Source of the DNA: Pirellulales bacterium
GTDB taxonomy: Bacteria; Planctomycetota; Planctomycetia; Pirellulales; JADZDJ01
DNA: 64,000 nt
Assembly: GCA_035656635.1 (NCBI GenBank)
Contig: DASRSD010000110.1
Location: forward strand, 686 to 64,685
Reading direction: 5' to 3'
The position numbers were made by a program, and so were the translations under genes. Below are positions 20,521 to 30,731 of the stretch, piece by piece. The notes under the pieces were generated by a model, which had not been told where the DNA came from, ran no database searches, and saw only the letters and a list, made by a program, of their open reading frames with translations. The stretch's first letter is position 1, and each line of letters opens with the position of its first letter.

Positions 20521-21107
20521 GGGACCGCTCGGCAATGTGGGGGCGGAATTTTTACCGGGATAGGCAAATCTGCTGCTGGCATGCCCCGGGGCCTGCTGGA
20601 GTATATGCCGTCCTGATGGGATAGACAACTTATGCTGCTGCCGGGTTGTTTGCATGCCGTAAACAACGAGAAAAGACGCTATCTGGCACGGGAGGCAAAA
20701 TACTGTGCGGCGTTCGGGCGGCTCATCACGCTGCTGGCAGAAGCGCCCGACTGCCACAGTAGGGTTATCTGAATTGTCCCACTACCTTCACCGCGGCTCT
20801 CCCTATGATGGCCCTCCGCCGCGGTTACGCTCGCTGCGCGCTGCAGCCCTCTTCTGGCAAGCGAAAAGACTTTGCTAGCAGCCTTCACGGGCGTAATTGG
20901 CGGCCTTTTTCTGCTCCATTCGATTTTTCTTCTCCAGCTCCCCAGCCAATTCCGTGCTACAAGCCGTATTTCCGGCAAACTTTGCCAAAGTTTATCAACT
21001 CTCCCAGGAGGCATTACCGATACTACCGTCACGCTGAAAGCGCGGACTTTCCAAAAAGAGCCCATTGCGCTAACCGCCGTTAGGTTATTTCGAGGTGCAG
21101 GTCAACT

Positions 21108-22532
21108 ATGCAGCTAGCTCGCCTAAAGATGTGGCTGTTGATGACGACCGTTGTCCTGGTCGGCATTGGTTCTGCGCGGGCCCAAGATTGGACGCCGTTT
21201 GGCCCCAGCAACGTGCGTTACGATTTGGATTTGTTCGCCCCGCCGGATCTTAGCGCGTACGCAGATTGGCCGCGGCCCAACGAAGGATTTTTCTTCCAGT
21301 ACGATCGGCTGTACTGGTCGATTTCCGGTCCCCGCCGCACGCCGATTGGCCAAGGCGGAACCGCGCTAGGGTTCTTCAACGGACCGCCGCAATTCGATCC
21401 CACCGCCCAAAACCCGAGCCTCATTGTTACCCCTTATGCGAGCACGGCCGATACCGGATTCATCAAGGCCGACCAAGTTTGGGGAAACCGTTATGAATTG
21501 GGCTTCATGGAAGACAACAAGGGCTGGCTCGTCAGCATTATGAATCTGCAAAAGCAAACGCAGCAAATGATTGCCGGCAGCACGGCGGCGACTGTCGGAG
21601 GACTTCCCGCGGGCCAAACCATAATATTCCGCGATCCTCAAGGATTGTTGTTTGGCTTTGTCGACACCAATGGCGACGGCGTCGACGACGACTTGAACAG
21701 TGCAACCCTATTCAATCCGCCGCCGGGCAAATTCCCGGCAGGGACATTCGGCGTGTTTGGCCGACCACTCCCGGCCAATTTGAACTTCAATTTGGCGCCA
21801 CCGGGGAGTATCACTCCGACAACTTACGCCGGCTTCACCGATTTCGGCGATGAAGTGGCCCTGGTGCCGCTATTCAATTCCATTACCGCAATCAATCAAA
21901 CCAGCATGGTTGGCACGGAAATCGATCGCACCTGGCGTTACCCAACCACCAAGTACGGCGTATGGGACGGATTCTTCGGAGTGCGGTGGCTGCTATTTCG
22001 CGACGTGTTCGACGTCCTGGCGATTAACGATACACCCAGTAATGGCACAGTGCCTGTCGGGTTGCCGGGTGCCAGCTTCTGGGACACCACGGTCGACAAC
22101 AACATGTTCGGCCCGCAACTCGGCTTCCGTTACAGCCACGAGGTGGCCCGGTTCAATATTCAATGCGAAGGACGCTTCATGGCGGCCATTAACTTCCAAT
22201 CGACGCACTTGAACGGCGAAATTGCTTCGGCGTTGAATCCGCTGACGGTCGATCCCATTAATGAGCCATTGCTCCTAGTGCGCACGTCATTTGCCAGTTG
22301 GAAGTACGATGAAACATTCTCGCCCGTGGGTGAATTGCGTGTGAACGTGAATTACCAACTCACGAAGGCCGTAGCCATTCAGGCGGGTTATAACGCCATT
22401 TTGGGCGGCGGCATCAGCCGTGCCAGCCGGAGAATCGATTACGTGCTGCCGGCACTACAGATTAATAATTTCAACAAGAACGATGTGTTCTTCACGAACG
22501 GCATCAACCTCGGCATTACCTTCAATCGGTAA
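21108..22532 (+). CDS. putative outer-membrane beta-barrel protein (BBP7-like)
   Basis: Signal peptide ending SARAQ, alternating aromatic/Gly-rich strands, and a C-terminal ...NGINLGITFNR beta-signal-like end. Confidence 0.5.
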   Translation: MQLARLKMWLLMTTVVLVGIGSARAQDWTPFGPSNVRYDLDLFAPPDLSAYADWPRPNEGFFFQYDRLYWSISGPRRTPIGQGGTALGFFNGPPQFDPTAQNPSLIVTPYASTADTGFIKADQVWGNRYELGFMEDNKGWLVSIMNLQKQTQQMIAGSTAATVGGLPAGQTIIFRDPQGLLFGFVDTNGDGVDDDLNSATLFNPPPGKFPAGTFGVFGRPLPANLNFNLAPPGSITPTTYAGFTDFGDEVALVPLFNSITAINQTSMVGTEIDRTWRYPTTKYGVWDGFFGVRWLLFRDVFDVLAINDTPSNGTVPVGLPGASFWDTTVDNNMFGPQLGFRYSHEVARFNIQCEGRFMAAINFQSTHLNGEIASALNPLTVDPINEPLLLVRTSFASWKYDETFSPVGELRVNVNYQLTKAVAIQAGYNAILGGGISRASRRIDYVLPALQINNFNKNDVFFTNGINLGITFNR

Positions 22533-22573
22533 GTCGCCGCGTTCATTCGATTGCAGCTTAGCCGTTTGCCGCT

Positions 22574-22813
22574 TCAGTTTTGGGAGATTTGCAGCTTTCG
22601 CAGCTCGTCGAGTTCACATTGCAGGCGATGCCGCAGAGGGCTTTCCGCACGCAACTCGTCGAGCAATTCTTGAGCCTTGGCAAACGTATCGTCAGTGTAT
22701 GCGCCACCTTTGAACAAAGTGTGCCAGCTCCCGGAAACCTCTTTTTCGGTCAACACTCCTCGAATCCTCTGGGTTGGAAGGAATAGTGCCTGCCCTAGCT
22801 TAATACTAAACAA
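22574..22813 (-). CDS. small hypothetical protein
   Basis: 79-aa ORF convergent with the barrel gene. The C-terminal half is helical. No motif found. Confidence 0.35.
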   Translation of the reverse strand: MFSIKLGQALFLPTQRIRGVLTEKEVSGSWHTLFKGGAYTDDTFAKAQELLDELRAESPLRHRLQCELDELRKLQISQN

Positions 22814-22969
22814 TTCCCAATATTCCGCAAGTGAATTTTATCAGGCAGTTGCCGTAACCTGCGGGTGCTAGCGGCATTGAAAGTTTTACCCCGACGTTTT
22901 TCCCAGCGCGACACAACCGTAAGGCGACCGGGCATCGCAATCTCAGCGAATCTGCACGATAATAGCCGC

Positions 22970-23731
22970 ATGATACCGGCAAAAGTGGCCTTAATTACTG
23001 GCAGTGGCAAGCGTCGCATAGGTTGGCATATTGCGGAGGCATTGGCAAAACGGAATTACGCCATCGCCGTGCATTACCGCAGTTCTGCCACGGAAGCTGC
23101 GGAAACCGTCCGGCATTTGCGCACGCTGAATGTCGAGGCCGAAGCGTTCGGCGCCGATTTGACGGACGAAGAATCGGTTCGCATGCTCACCCAAGCGGTG
23201 CTGGCCAAATTCGGCCGCATCGATGTGCTGGTGAACACCGCCGCCGCCTGGAAAAGCAAGCCGCTGGAAGATGTCACCGCCGCCGATGTACGCGGTTTTT
23301 TGGAAACCAACACGTTGGCAACCTTTTTGTGCTGCCAGCATGTCGGGCTGGCCATGGCGAAACAGGCTGACGGCGGCGCCATTGTCAACTTCGGCGATTG
23401 GGCCACCGTTCGGCCCTATGTGAATTACGCCGCCTATTTTCCGTCCAAGGGCGCTATTCCCGCACTCACTCGGACGATGGCCGTCGAACTGGGAACTCGT
23501 AATCCGCGCGTGCGGGTAAATTGTATTATGCCCGGGCCCGTTTTGCTTCCGCCCGATTTGCCAGCCGCCGAACGAGAGCAAGCCATTCAGGCCACGTTGG
23601 TCAAACACGAAGGCAGCCCGCAGAATATCGTTCAAGCGGTGCTGCACTTTATCGAGAACGATTTTGTCGCCGGCGCGTGCCTGCCGGTCGATGGCGGCCG
23701 CAGCATCTACGCGCTGGACAGCGAAGTGTAA
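22970..23731 (+). CDS. SDR family oxidoreductase (pteridine reductase-like)
   Basis: KVALITGSGKRRIG Rossmann motif, NTAA, and the Y..SK catalytic pair (YFPSKGA). The start was trimmed to the ATG at 22970. Confidence 0.85.
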   Translation: MIPAKVALITGSGKRRIGWHIAEALAKRNYAIAVHYRSSATEAAETVRHLRTLNVEAEAFGADLTDEESVRMLTQAVLAKFGRIDVLVNTAAAWKSKPLEDVTAADVRGFLETNTLATFLCCQHVGLAMAKQADGGAIVNFGDWATVRPYVNYAAYFPSKGAIPALTRTMAVELGTRNPRVRVNCIMPGPVLLPPDLPAAEREQAIQATLVKHEGSPQNIVQAVLHFIENDFVAGACLPVDGGRSIYALDSEV

Positions 23732-23753
23732 GTTGTCGCTTAATTTCATTTTT

Positions 23754-23830
23754 GGGTGGCTGGGGTCGAACGGAGTGAGCCCCCAGCGGCCTGCATTCCG
23801 GGGGCTCGGCGGCCTCGACCCCGGCCACCC
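23754..23830. repeat. GC-rich nested palindromic element, copy 2 (inverted relative to copy 1)
   Basis: gggtggctggggtcgaacggagtgagccccc....gggggctcggcggcctcgaccccggccaccc, lying between convergent genes. Confidence 0.85.
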
Positions 23831-23850
23831 CAGTCGCATTTAGCGAACCG

Positions 23851-25521
23851 TCACTTCGGCACCATGCCGGGCAGCAAATAAGCCTGCACCAGGGTTAATA
23901 TGCCGACCAGCGTTGCCAGCGCCACGCTGTGCCAAAAGACAAAACGCAGGATTTGTCCTTCCTCTCCCTCCTGTCCGGTGGCCGCGGAAGCAACCACAAT
24001 GCTTTGGGCATCGATCATCTTCCCCATGACGCCTCCGGTGCTGTTGGCGGCACAAATCAGAATGGGGTTCAAGCTCAAACGTTCCGCGGTAATGCGTTGC
24101 AAATTGCCAAACAGCGCGTTGCTGGAAGTGTCGCTTCCTGTGAGCGCCACGCCCAGCCATCCTAAGAGTGCGGCAAAAAACGGATAGAGCACGCCCGTGT
24201 GCGTGAACGCCAACCCCAAGGTGACATCCGTGCCGCTGTACTGAGTGGTGAAAGCAATCGCCAACATACAAGCGATGGTGAACAGCGGCCAGCGCAAGCG
24301 ATACAGCGTGTGCATCAATAAACGGCAAAACCGCACCGGAGAAATGTGCATCCACAAGGCCGATAAAATCGCCGCCACAAAAATGCCTGTCCCGGTGCCG
24401 CTCAGCCAATTGAAGCGAAATTCTGCAGCTTTCGGCTTCCCGTCGCCGCCGATCACCGACGCATCGGGCTGCACCTGCTGGTCCAAATGGGGCATGGCCC
24501 AGCGTTCTTCTCCATGGCGATTCAAAAAAGCCTGCACGTGCGGTTCTCCCCAGGCAAACACGCAAACGGAAAGAATGATCCAGGGAATCCACGCACGAAT
24601 AATTTCGCGGCGAGTGTAACCGTAGCGATTGCCAATGGCAGCCGGACCGTTTTCGGCGATAATCGGTGCGGCTTCGTCGCCGGTTTCGCCCGCAAATCGC
24701 CACACCTTCTGTGGCCGCCAGAACCGCAGCATCACCGCCAAAACGGCCAGCGATGTCAATCCACCGGCGACATCGGCCAGCTCGGGCCCTAAAAAATTCG
24801 ACACCGCAAATTGCACCGCCGCGAATGTCCCGCCGCAAACCAAAACCGCCGGCCACACGCCGCACAACCCGCTCCAGCCTGACATCGTGCAAACCAGCCA
24901 CGCCGGCACCAGCAAAGAAAACAGCGGCAACTGGCGGCCGGCCATGGCGGAAAGCTTGCCGACATCCAAGCCCGTGGTTTTCGCCAGCGTAAGGATGGGC
25001 GTGCCCAATGCGCCGAAAGCCACCGGCGCGGTATTGGCAATTAACGTGAGTCCGGCGGCATACAGTGGGGGAAATCCTGCGCCAATGAGCAGCGCCGCCG
25101 AAATGGCGACCGGCGTGCCAAATCCGGCTGCTCCTTCGATAAAGGCCCCAAAGCTGAAAGCGATTAGCAGCGCCTGCAATCGCCGATCGGGCGAGAGCGC
25201 CACCACCGAGGCCTTTACTTTTTCAAACTCGCCGGCTTCGACGGTTAGCACGTACAAAAACACCGCCGTGAACACAATCCAGCCGATGGGAAACAAGCCA
25301 AAGCCAGCGCCCAGCACCGCAGCCGCCGCGGCCAATTTCCAGGGCATGCCGTACACGGCGATCGCCACCACTAGCGCCGTGAACAAGCCTGCCGCCGCCG
25401 CTTTGGGAGCCGACCAACGGAGCCAGCCTAGCGCTCCCAACAAAACGACGGCCGGTGCAATGGCAACCAGTGTGGAAAGCCACAGCAAGCCGGTGGGATT
25501 GTACGTTTGAAGCCAAATCAT
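23851..25521 (-). CDS. L-lactate permease (LctP family)
   Basis: 556 aa, more than 12 TM segments, and an N-terminus (MIWLQTYNPTGLLWLSTLVAIAP) typical of LctP/GlcA transporters. Confidence 0.88.
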   Translation of the reverse strand: MIWLQTYNPTGLLWLSTLVAIAPAVVLLGALGWLRWSAPKAAAAGLFTALVVAIAVYGMPWKLAAAAAVLGAGFGLFPIGWIVFTAVFLYVLTVEAGEFEKVKASVVALSPDRRLQALLIAFSFGAFIEGAAGFGTPVAISAALLIGAGFPPLYAAGLTLIANTAPVAFGALGTPILTLAKTTGLDVGKLSAMAGRQLPLFSLLVPAWLVCTMSGWSGLCGVWPAVLVCGGTFAAVQFAVSNFLGPELADVAGGLTSLAVLAVMLRFWRPQKVWRFAGETGDEAAPIIAENGPAAIGNRYGYTRREIIRAWIPWIILSVCVFAWGEPHVQAFLNRHGEERWAMPHLDQQVQPDASVIGGDGKPKAAEFRFNWLSGTGTGIFVAAILSALWMHISPVRFCRLLMHTLYRLRWPLFTIACMLAIAFTTQYSGTDVTLGLAFTHTGVLYPFFAALLGWLGVALTGSDTSSNALFGNLQRITAERLSLNPILICAANSTGGVMGKMIDAQSIVVASAATGQEGEEGQILRFVFWHSVALATLVGILTLVQAYLLPGMVPK

Positions 25522-25539
25522 GCGGCCGCACTTATCTCA

Positions 25540-25598
25540 GCTTTCTGCTTTCTGCTTTCTGCCTTCTGCTTTCTGCTTTCTGCTTTCTGCTTTCTGCC
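25540..25598. repeat. (GCTTTCT)x8 heptamer satellite, equal to (GCAGAAA)n on the coding (minus) strand
   Basis: Eight contiguous 7-nt units (the fourth is gccttct). They fill the gap between the stop of the GH-like gene and the lactate permease start. Confidence 0.95.
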
Positions 25599-27767
25599 TT
25601 AAAATTCCACCGCCACAACCTCATGATCGGTCACCGATGGAACCGTCACTTTCAACACGCCCCCCGATTCGTTCGGCTTGGCATCGGTCTGGCCGACCAA
25701 CAACCGCACGTTCCGCGGCCGGCGACCTAGCGGCAATCGCATGCTAAGCTGCTGCGGACCGATGGGAAATAATTCCCGAATGGGCCCCTTCATCATCATC
25801 GGATTGGTTAAATTCACCAGATGCACGGTCAGTGAGTTTTCCTGCTGCCAAACGGAAACATCGACCACGCCGGGCCCGCTGACGCTCACCACATCGGGCT
25901 CATTCAGCACCCAGCGGGTCAAATTGCCGATCAAGCGGCCGTGATCCGGATCGAGTACTTCCCGAAACGTGTGGTCAAGGTTGCCGGGGAGATAAGCGAC
26001 TCGGCTGGCTCCGGCTTCGCGCAAGTAAACTTCGGGAATGTCTGTTTTGGGCTCGCGCGGATACACATCTTCCATCGGCAAGTCGGGGTACGATGGCACC
26101 CGGGTTAACGGCGCGCGGCCAAAATAAAGTGTGGGCTTAACCTCCGCATGCCCGATGGAGTTGATCGTGCGGCCGGCCTCTTCAAAGCCGTGCAGAATTT
26201 CATGCCGCGTGTCATGCTCGAGGTTGATGTACGAGTTTTTTACCAGCGTCTCGGTTTTGCCGTTGTAGCCGACGCCGAACACGTCGGCCAATCCAAAATC
26301 GCTGCGCTTTTTTCCAGCCTGGTCGTACAGCGAAGTTTCGTAGGTGGCCAAAATGCTGCCGCCGCGCTGGACGAACTGGCGAATATGCTCGCACTGATCG
26401 TCCGCAAGAGCCGCAATGTTCGGCAAGATGAGCAGCTTGAATTGCTCCGTGTTGTCTGGATCAAGCAGTTGCTCGTAAACCATTTCAAACGGAATGCGCG
26501 CTTCCACCAGCGCTTGGTAAATTCCCATTTGGCTGGCTTCGGTCGGCATGGCGCCGATGGCAATGGAAGTTTGCGGCGACCACACCACGCCCACCCGGGC
26601 CAAGTTTCGCGTGTTGCGCAAATATTTTTCGTTTGCCGCATGCCAGGCGTACGCGGCTTCCACCGGCGGAACCCAGCGGCGGTCGTAAAGCGTCCCACAA
26701 AACTTGACGACCCACGGGCGCATGCCCTGGGCAATGCACTGATGCATCCACAACTGCAGTTCGGCGGGGCTTTGGACCGAATCTTTCCAGCGATGGGCAT
26801 CGTCGCTGCCGACGCTGGTGATGCCCGCCACCGGACGATTATCCATCACGCTGCGAAATACCTTGGCGTTCCATCCGGCCGCCCAGGGGGGCAAGACGGC
26901 GGAGTTGCGGCCTTGCCGATCGGCGGCGACCATGTGAGCACGCTGGCCGATTTCGGTCATTTCGCGCTTGTTGGCGCCCCCCATGTTCATCAGGCAGCAT
27001 ACCTCGGGATTGATCTTTTGCACCGCGGCGTCCCAGGCATCCCAAACCTCGAACAGCCGCTGATTTCGCCAATGCTGGAACTCCGCCCAGCCGGGTTGTT
27101 GTGCGTTCAAGGGCGCTTCCAAACCAGCGGCTTGCTTGAAATTGGATTTGCACGAATCGCAATAGCAGGTGATGTGCCCGGCCCAGCGGTTGGCGAAAAT
27201 GCCATCCACGCCATAGCGGCTGACAATTTCGGCGAGCACTTGCGGCATAAACTCGAAATTGCACGGGCCCAGTGCGCAGCTTAGCCAGCGATCTTTCATG
27301 ACCATGTGCCGCACTTTTTGGCTGTTGGCATCGACTGCTACCCACTCGGGATGCGCTTGGGCATCTTCGTCTCGAATGCAATGCGGATCGACTCGGGCGA
27401 TGACCGACATGTTGAGCTTGCGGCACCCTTTCACTAAATCGCCAAAGGTGTCTTTATCGCCGAGCCAGTCGCTGCGGTGATGATGGGGAACATCGGTGGG
27501 ATAGAACGCGCACATGCCGCCCGCCGAAATACAGGCGCCTTGGGCGCTGGTCCGCTGGAAAAAATCCAGCCACCAGGCGGGGTCGAATGTGGCCGGATCT
27601 TTTTCCACCAGCGCCAATTGAATCCAGCGCAGCGGCTTTTCCAGCGCCGCAGAAACCGTGGGCTGCCGGGTCATGGCCGCTAGTGCCGAAAACGCGGGCG
27701 CAAACGCCATCGCCGCGGCAGAAGCCAGCACTTCCCGGCGATTCACTAACCACGGCGAGCCGGGCAT
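25599..27767 (-). CDS. putative secreted glycoside hydrolase (TIM-barrel plus GH42-type trimerisation/GATase-like domain)
   Basis: Tat-like leader NRREVLASAAAMAFAP and a central LLILPNIAALADDQCEHIRQFVQRGGSILATYETSLYD segment like the GH42 middle domain. It sits in an operon with a GH3 gene. Confidence 0.55.
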   Translation of the reverse strand: MPGSPWLVNRREVLASAAAMAFAPAFSALAAMTRQPTVSAALEKPLRWIQLALVEKDPATFDPAWWLDFFQRTSAQGACISAGGMCAFYPTDVPHHHRSDWLGDKDTFGDLVKGCRKLNMSVIARVDPHCIRDEDAQAHPEWVAVDANSQKVRHMVMKDRWLSCALGPCNFEFMPQVLAEIVSRYGVDGIFANRWAGHITCYCDSCKSNFKQAAGLEAPLNAQQPGWAEFQHWRNQRLFEVWDAWDAAVQKINPEVCCLMNMGGANKREMTEIGQRAHMVAADRQGRNSAVLPPWAAGWNAKVFRSVMDNRPVAGITSVGSDDAHRWKDSVQSPAELQLWMHQCIAQGMRPWVVKFCGTLYDRRWVPPVEAAYAWHAANEKYLRNTRNLARVGVVWSPQTSIAIGAMPTEASQMGIYQALVEARIPFEMVYEQLLDPDNTEQFKLLILPNIAALADDQCEHIRQFVQRGGSILATYETSLYDQAGKKRSDFGLADVFGVGYNGKTETLVKNSYINLEHDTRHEILHGFEEAGRTINSIGHAEVKPTLYFGRAPLTRVPSYPDLPMEDVYPREPKTDIPEVYLREAGASRVAYLPGNLDHTFREVLDPDHGRLIGNLTRWVLNEPDVVSVSGPGVVDVSVWQQENSLTVHLVNLTNPMMMKGPIRELFPIGPQQLSMRLPLGRRPRNVRLLVGQTDAKPNESGGVLKVTVPSVTDHEVVAVEF

Positions 27768-27828
27768 GCACGTTCCTCGTTGCAGCTGATCGAATTGTAG
27801 AAAATCGTGAGCTTTAAAGCCGCGCAAC

Positions 27829-29682
27829 TCAATAACTCAATCCGTACCCATACTGAAACAGCGCTTTGTCGGCATTGGCGTCTCCGGCGTGCAGCGGAAC
27901 CTGATCCATGCTGGCGGGCCAGGTTTGAGAGAGCTTGCCGGTCGGCTTATAAGCGCCGAACAGCACGTCGGCCACGCCATCTCCTTCGGTGCCGGGCAAC
28001 CAGGCGGCCACGAAGGCATCGCTGTGATCCAAAGCCTTGCCCAAAATCATCGGTCGGCCGGAAAGCAGCATCGTGATGACCGGTACGCCCAATTTTTTGG
28101 CTTTCTCCACCAGATCCAAATCAGATTGACTGAGGGCTAAATCTTTGCGATCCCCGGGCCCTTCGGCATACGGCATTTCGCCAATCACCACCAACACGGC
28201 ATCGGCCCCTTCGCCGCCGCTGTCATCGGCGGAAAAAGTGATTCGCGAAGCATCGGGCACGACTTTGCGAAGGGCCGATAAAATCGTGGTGCCGCCATGG
28301 GTAACCATTCCCGGCTTACCCTGCCAATCGATGGTCCAGCCGCCGCATTGAATGCCGATATCGTCAGCCCCTTTGCCCATCACGTGCAAGTGCTTGATGT
28401 CTTTTTTCAGCGGCAGCGCATGATTTTCGTTTTTCAGTAGCACCAGCGATTGCCGCACGCACTCGCGCGCTACGGCCCGATGCTCCGCGGAGCCGATTTT
28501 GTCCAGATACGCCGGATCGGCCAGCGGCTGCTCGAACAGTCGCGTTTGGTACTTCACCCGCAAAATGCGCCGCACGGCATCGTCAATGCGGCTTTGCGGC
28601 ACACGGCCTTCGTCGACGAGTTCTTTCAGATCTTTCAAAAACTCCACGTAGTTGTTCTTTTGGCCTGGCGGATAGGGAATCATGATCATGTCCAGCCCGG
28701 CATTGATGGATTGCTCGATGTCATTTTTGTAATCGGACGAAAGCTGATCGATGGCGGCCCAATCGGAAATTAAAAAGCCCGGGAAGCCGAGCTCGCCTTT
28801 CAGCACTTCGGTGAGCAAATACTTATTGCCGTGCATTTTTTTGCCGTTCCAACTGCTGAATGAAACCATGATGGTTCCAACGCCGGCCTTCACGGCCTCT
28901 TGATAACCCGGCAGATAAATTTTTCGCAGCGTGGCTTCGTCGCACTCGGTATTGCCCTGATCTTTGCCGTTGGTGGTGCCGCCATCTGCCAGGTAATGCT
29001 TGGCACAGGCGACGACCGAAGTGGGATCGGCTAAACTCTTCCCTTGAAGACCGCGGACCGACGCAGCACCCAGCGGGGCCACGACATCGGGCGATTCGCC
29101 GAAACTTTCATACGTGCGGCCCCAGCGCGGATTGCGCGCCACGGCAATACACGGCGCAAAGGCCCAGTTGGTGCCGGTGCCGGCCATTTCTTCAGCCGTG
29201 ACGCGGCTGGCCCGTTCGATTAAATCCGCATTGCGCGTGCACCCCAGGCCGATGTTGTGGGGGAAGATGACGGCGCCGTCGATATTGCTGTGCCCGTGGA
29301 CGGCGTCGACGCCGTAGATGATGGGAATTTTCAGCCGCGTTTTCAGGGCTTGCTTCTGAAACTCGTTGTAATAATTCGCCCAGGCTTTGCCGGTGTTGTC
29401 GTGGTTGGGCGGATCGGAACTGCCGCCGCTAAGCACGGAACCCAAAAAATATTTGGCGACATCGCCTTTGTCTACCAACGCGCCGGAATCGACCTGCACT
29501 ATTTGGCCGAGTTTTTCTTCCGGCGTCATTTGCGAAAGCAGCGCGTTGACTTTGTCCTCCACGGCTTTGGCGTTCGCGCTGGAACTGCTATTTTCTGCAG
29601 CGGTGGAAGAAGAGAGCGCGGCGGAAACGGAAATCGACGCGATGGCCACGGCCAACCATACGATCTGAGAAAGCTTGGTCAT
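27829..29682 (-). CDS. glycoside hydrolase family 3 beta-glucosidase
   Basis: Signal peptide, [16 protein letters not shown], the GFLISDW nucleophile region, and the two-domain GH3 length (617 aa). Confidence 0.9.
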   Translation of the reverse strand: MTKLSQIVWLAVAIASISVSAALSSSTAAENSSSSANAKAVEDKVNALLSQMTPEEKLGQIVQVDSGALVDKGDVAKYFLGSVLSGGSSDPPNHDNTGKAWANYYNEFQKQALKTRLKIPIIYGVDAVHGHSNIDGAVIFPHNIGLGCTRNADLIERASRVTAEEMAGTGTNWAFAPCIAVARNPRWGRTYESFGESPDVVAPLGAASVRGLQGKSLADPTSVVACAKHYLADGGTTNGKDQGNTECDEATLRKIYLPGYQEAVKAGVGTIMVSFSSWNGKKMHGNKYLLTEVLKGELGFPGFLISDWAAIDQLSSDYKNDIEQSINAGLDMIMIPYPPGQKNNYVEFLKDLKELVDEGRVPQSRIDDAVRRILRVKYQTRLFEQPLADPAYLDKIGSAEHRAVARECVRQSLVLLKNENHALPLKKDIKHLHVMGKGADDIGIQCGGWTIDWQGKPGMVTHGGTTILSALRKVVPDASRITFSADDSGGEGADAVLVVIGEMPYAEGPGDRKDLALSQSDLDLVEKAKKLGVPVITMLLSGRPMILGKALDHSDAFVAAWLPGTEGDGVADVLFGAYKPTGKLSQTWPASMDQVPLHAGDANADKALFQYGYGLSY

Positions 29683-29757
29683 GATGATCCTCTGGGTCTG
29701 TAGAATCTGCGCACTCGCGCATGATGAACGACCCCCCTATGCCCGCCGCTTCTGTTC

Positions 29758-29799
29758 GCTGCCTGACTTACGCTGCCTGACTTACGCTGCCTGACTTCG
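29758..29799. repeat. 14-bp tandem repeat x3 (gctgcctgacttac)
   Basis: Read directly from the sequence. Intergenic, upstream of the GH3 gene. Confidence 0.9.
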
Positions 29800-29892
29800 C
29801 CCTGCCCCAAATTCGCGCCGCCCTAAATTCGCAGCCCTGGCTGCGCCCGCTTCGAACCTTAACTTACAGGATACTTCTCGCCCGGCAACTGT

Positions 29893-30225
29893 TCAAAAAA
29901 TTCCCAATTGATCGCGGGCCGATTCGGTCATTAAATCAGGCGACCAAGGGGGCGACATCACCAGCTTCACTTCGACTTCGCCGGCCCCTGCCAACGCTCC
30001 CAACACCTGCTTGCTTTGCCCAATTAATTGCGGCCCGGCCGGACAGGCTGGGCTGGTCATGGTCATTTCGATTTTGATGTTCTCCTTATCGCCGACGGGC
30101 TCCACGTTTACCGTGTAGACCAACCCCAGGTCGATAATGTTGACAAACAACTCTGGATCGATCACCTGCTTCAGCGCTTCTCGGACGGCATCTTCGGTTA
30201 TGGGCATCGCATCACCATGAATCAT
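29893..30225 (-). CDS. DUF59/MIP18-family Fe-S cluster assembly protein (SufT/PaaD-like)
   Basis: EDAVREALKQVIDPELFVNIIDLGLVY....MTMTSPACP motif. Confidence 0.8.
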   Translation of the reverse strand: MIHGDAMPITEDAVREALKQVIDPELFVNIIDLGLVYTVNVEPVGDKENIKIEMTMTSPACPAGPQLIGQSKQVLGALAGAGEVEVKLVMSPPWSPDLMTESARDQLGIF

Positions 30226-30265
30226 CGCTTCGCGCGACGGAGAATACTACAGTTTCACCGCTATT

Positions 30266-30586
30266 TTAGTCGTGAAGTTTGACAAATACATCGTCGCCAG
30301 TCACTTTCACCTCGTGGGCTTCGGTGGCTTGGGTGGCCGGCATGGTTAGCGCGGCGCCATTGCGAATGTCGAACTTTGCTCCATGCCGCGGACAGGCAAT
30401 GGTGCAGGCTGTGGCATCGAGGGCGCCTTCGCTCAGGGGACCGCCATCGTGTGTGCAAACATCATCCAGCGCGTAAAACTTGCCGCCGACCCGAAATAGC
30501 ACCACCAATCGCTCGTCCACCTCCACCAGCATTTTAGCAGGATCGCCTAGCTCCGTCACACTGGCGACGCGCACGAAATCGGACAT
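30266..30586 (-). CDS. Rieske [2Fe-2S] ferredoxin-like protein
   Basis: CTHDGGPL....CPRHGAKF Rieske ligands. 106 aa. Confidence 0.8.
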   Translation of the reverse strand: MSDFVRVASVTELGDPAKMLVEVDERLVVLFRVGGKFYALDDVCTHDGGPLSEGALDATACTIACPRHGAKFDIRNGAALTMPATQATEAHEVKVTGDDVFVKLHD

Positions 30587-30731
30587 TTGGAAATCTCATT
30601 ATTGCAAATCGTTTCGCAGGCCGTATGCTGCACTTCATTGTGGTAACAAAAACTTGCGGCCGTGCAAGGGGAACCAGGAATTTTTGGCCAGCGACGGGGA
30701 CTCTGGCCGTCGGCTGGAAAACGCCGCACTT

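Noticed and set aside
25540-25598. Possible CRISPR array (regular short repeats). The arrays at 9619-9703 and 19493-19559 were considered too.
   Set aside because: The units are only 7 nt (or 21 nt), contiguous, and have no unique spacers. No cas genes are present in the window. These are microsatellites, not CRISPR.
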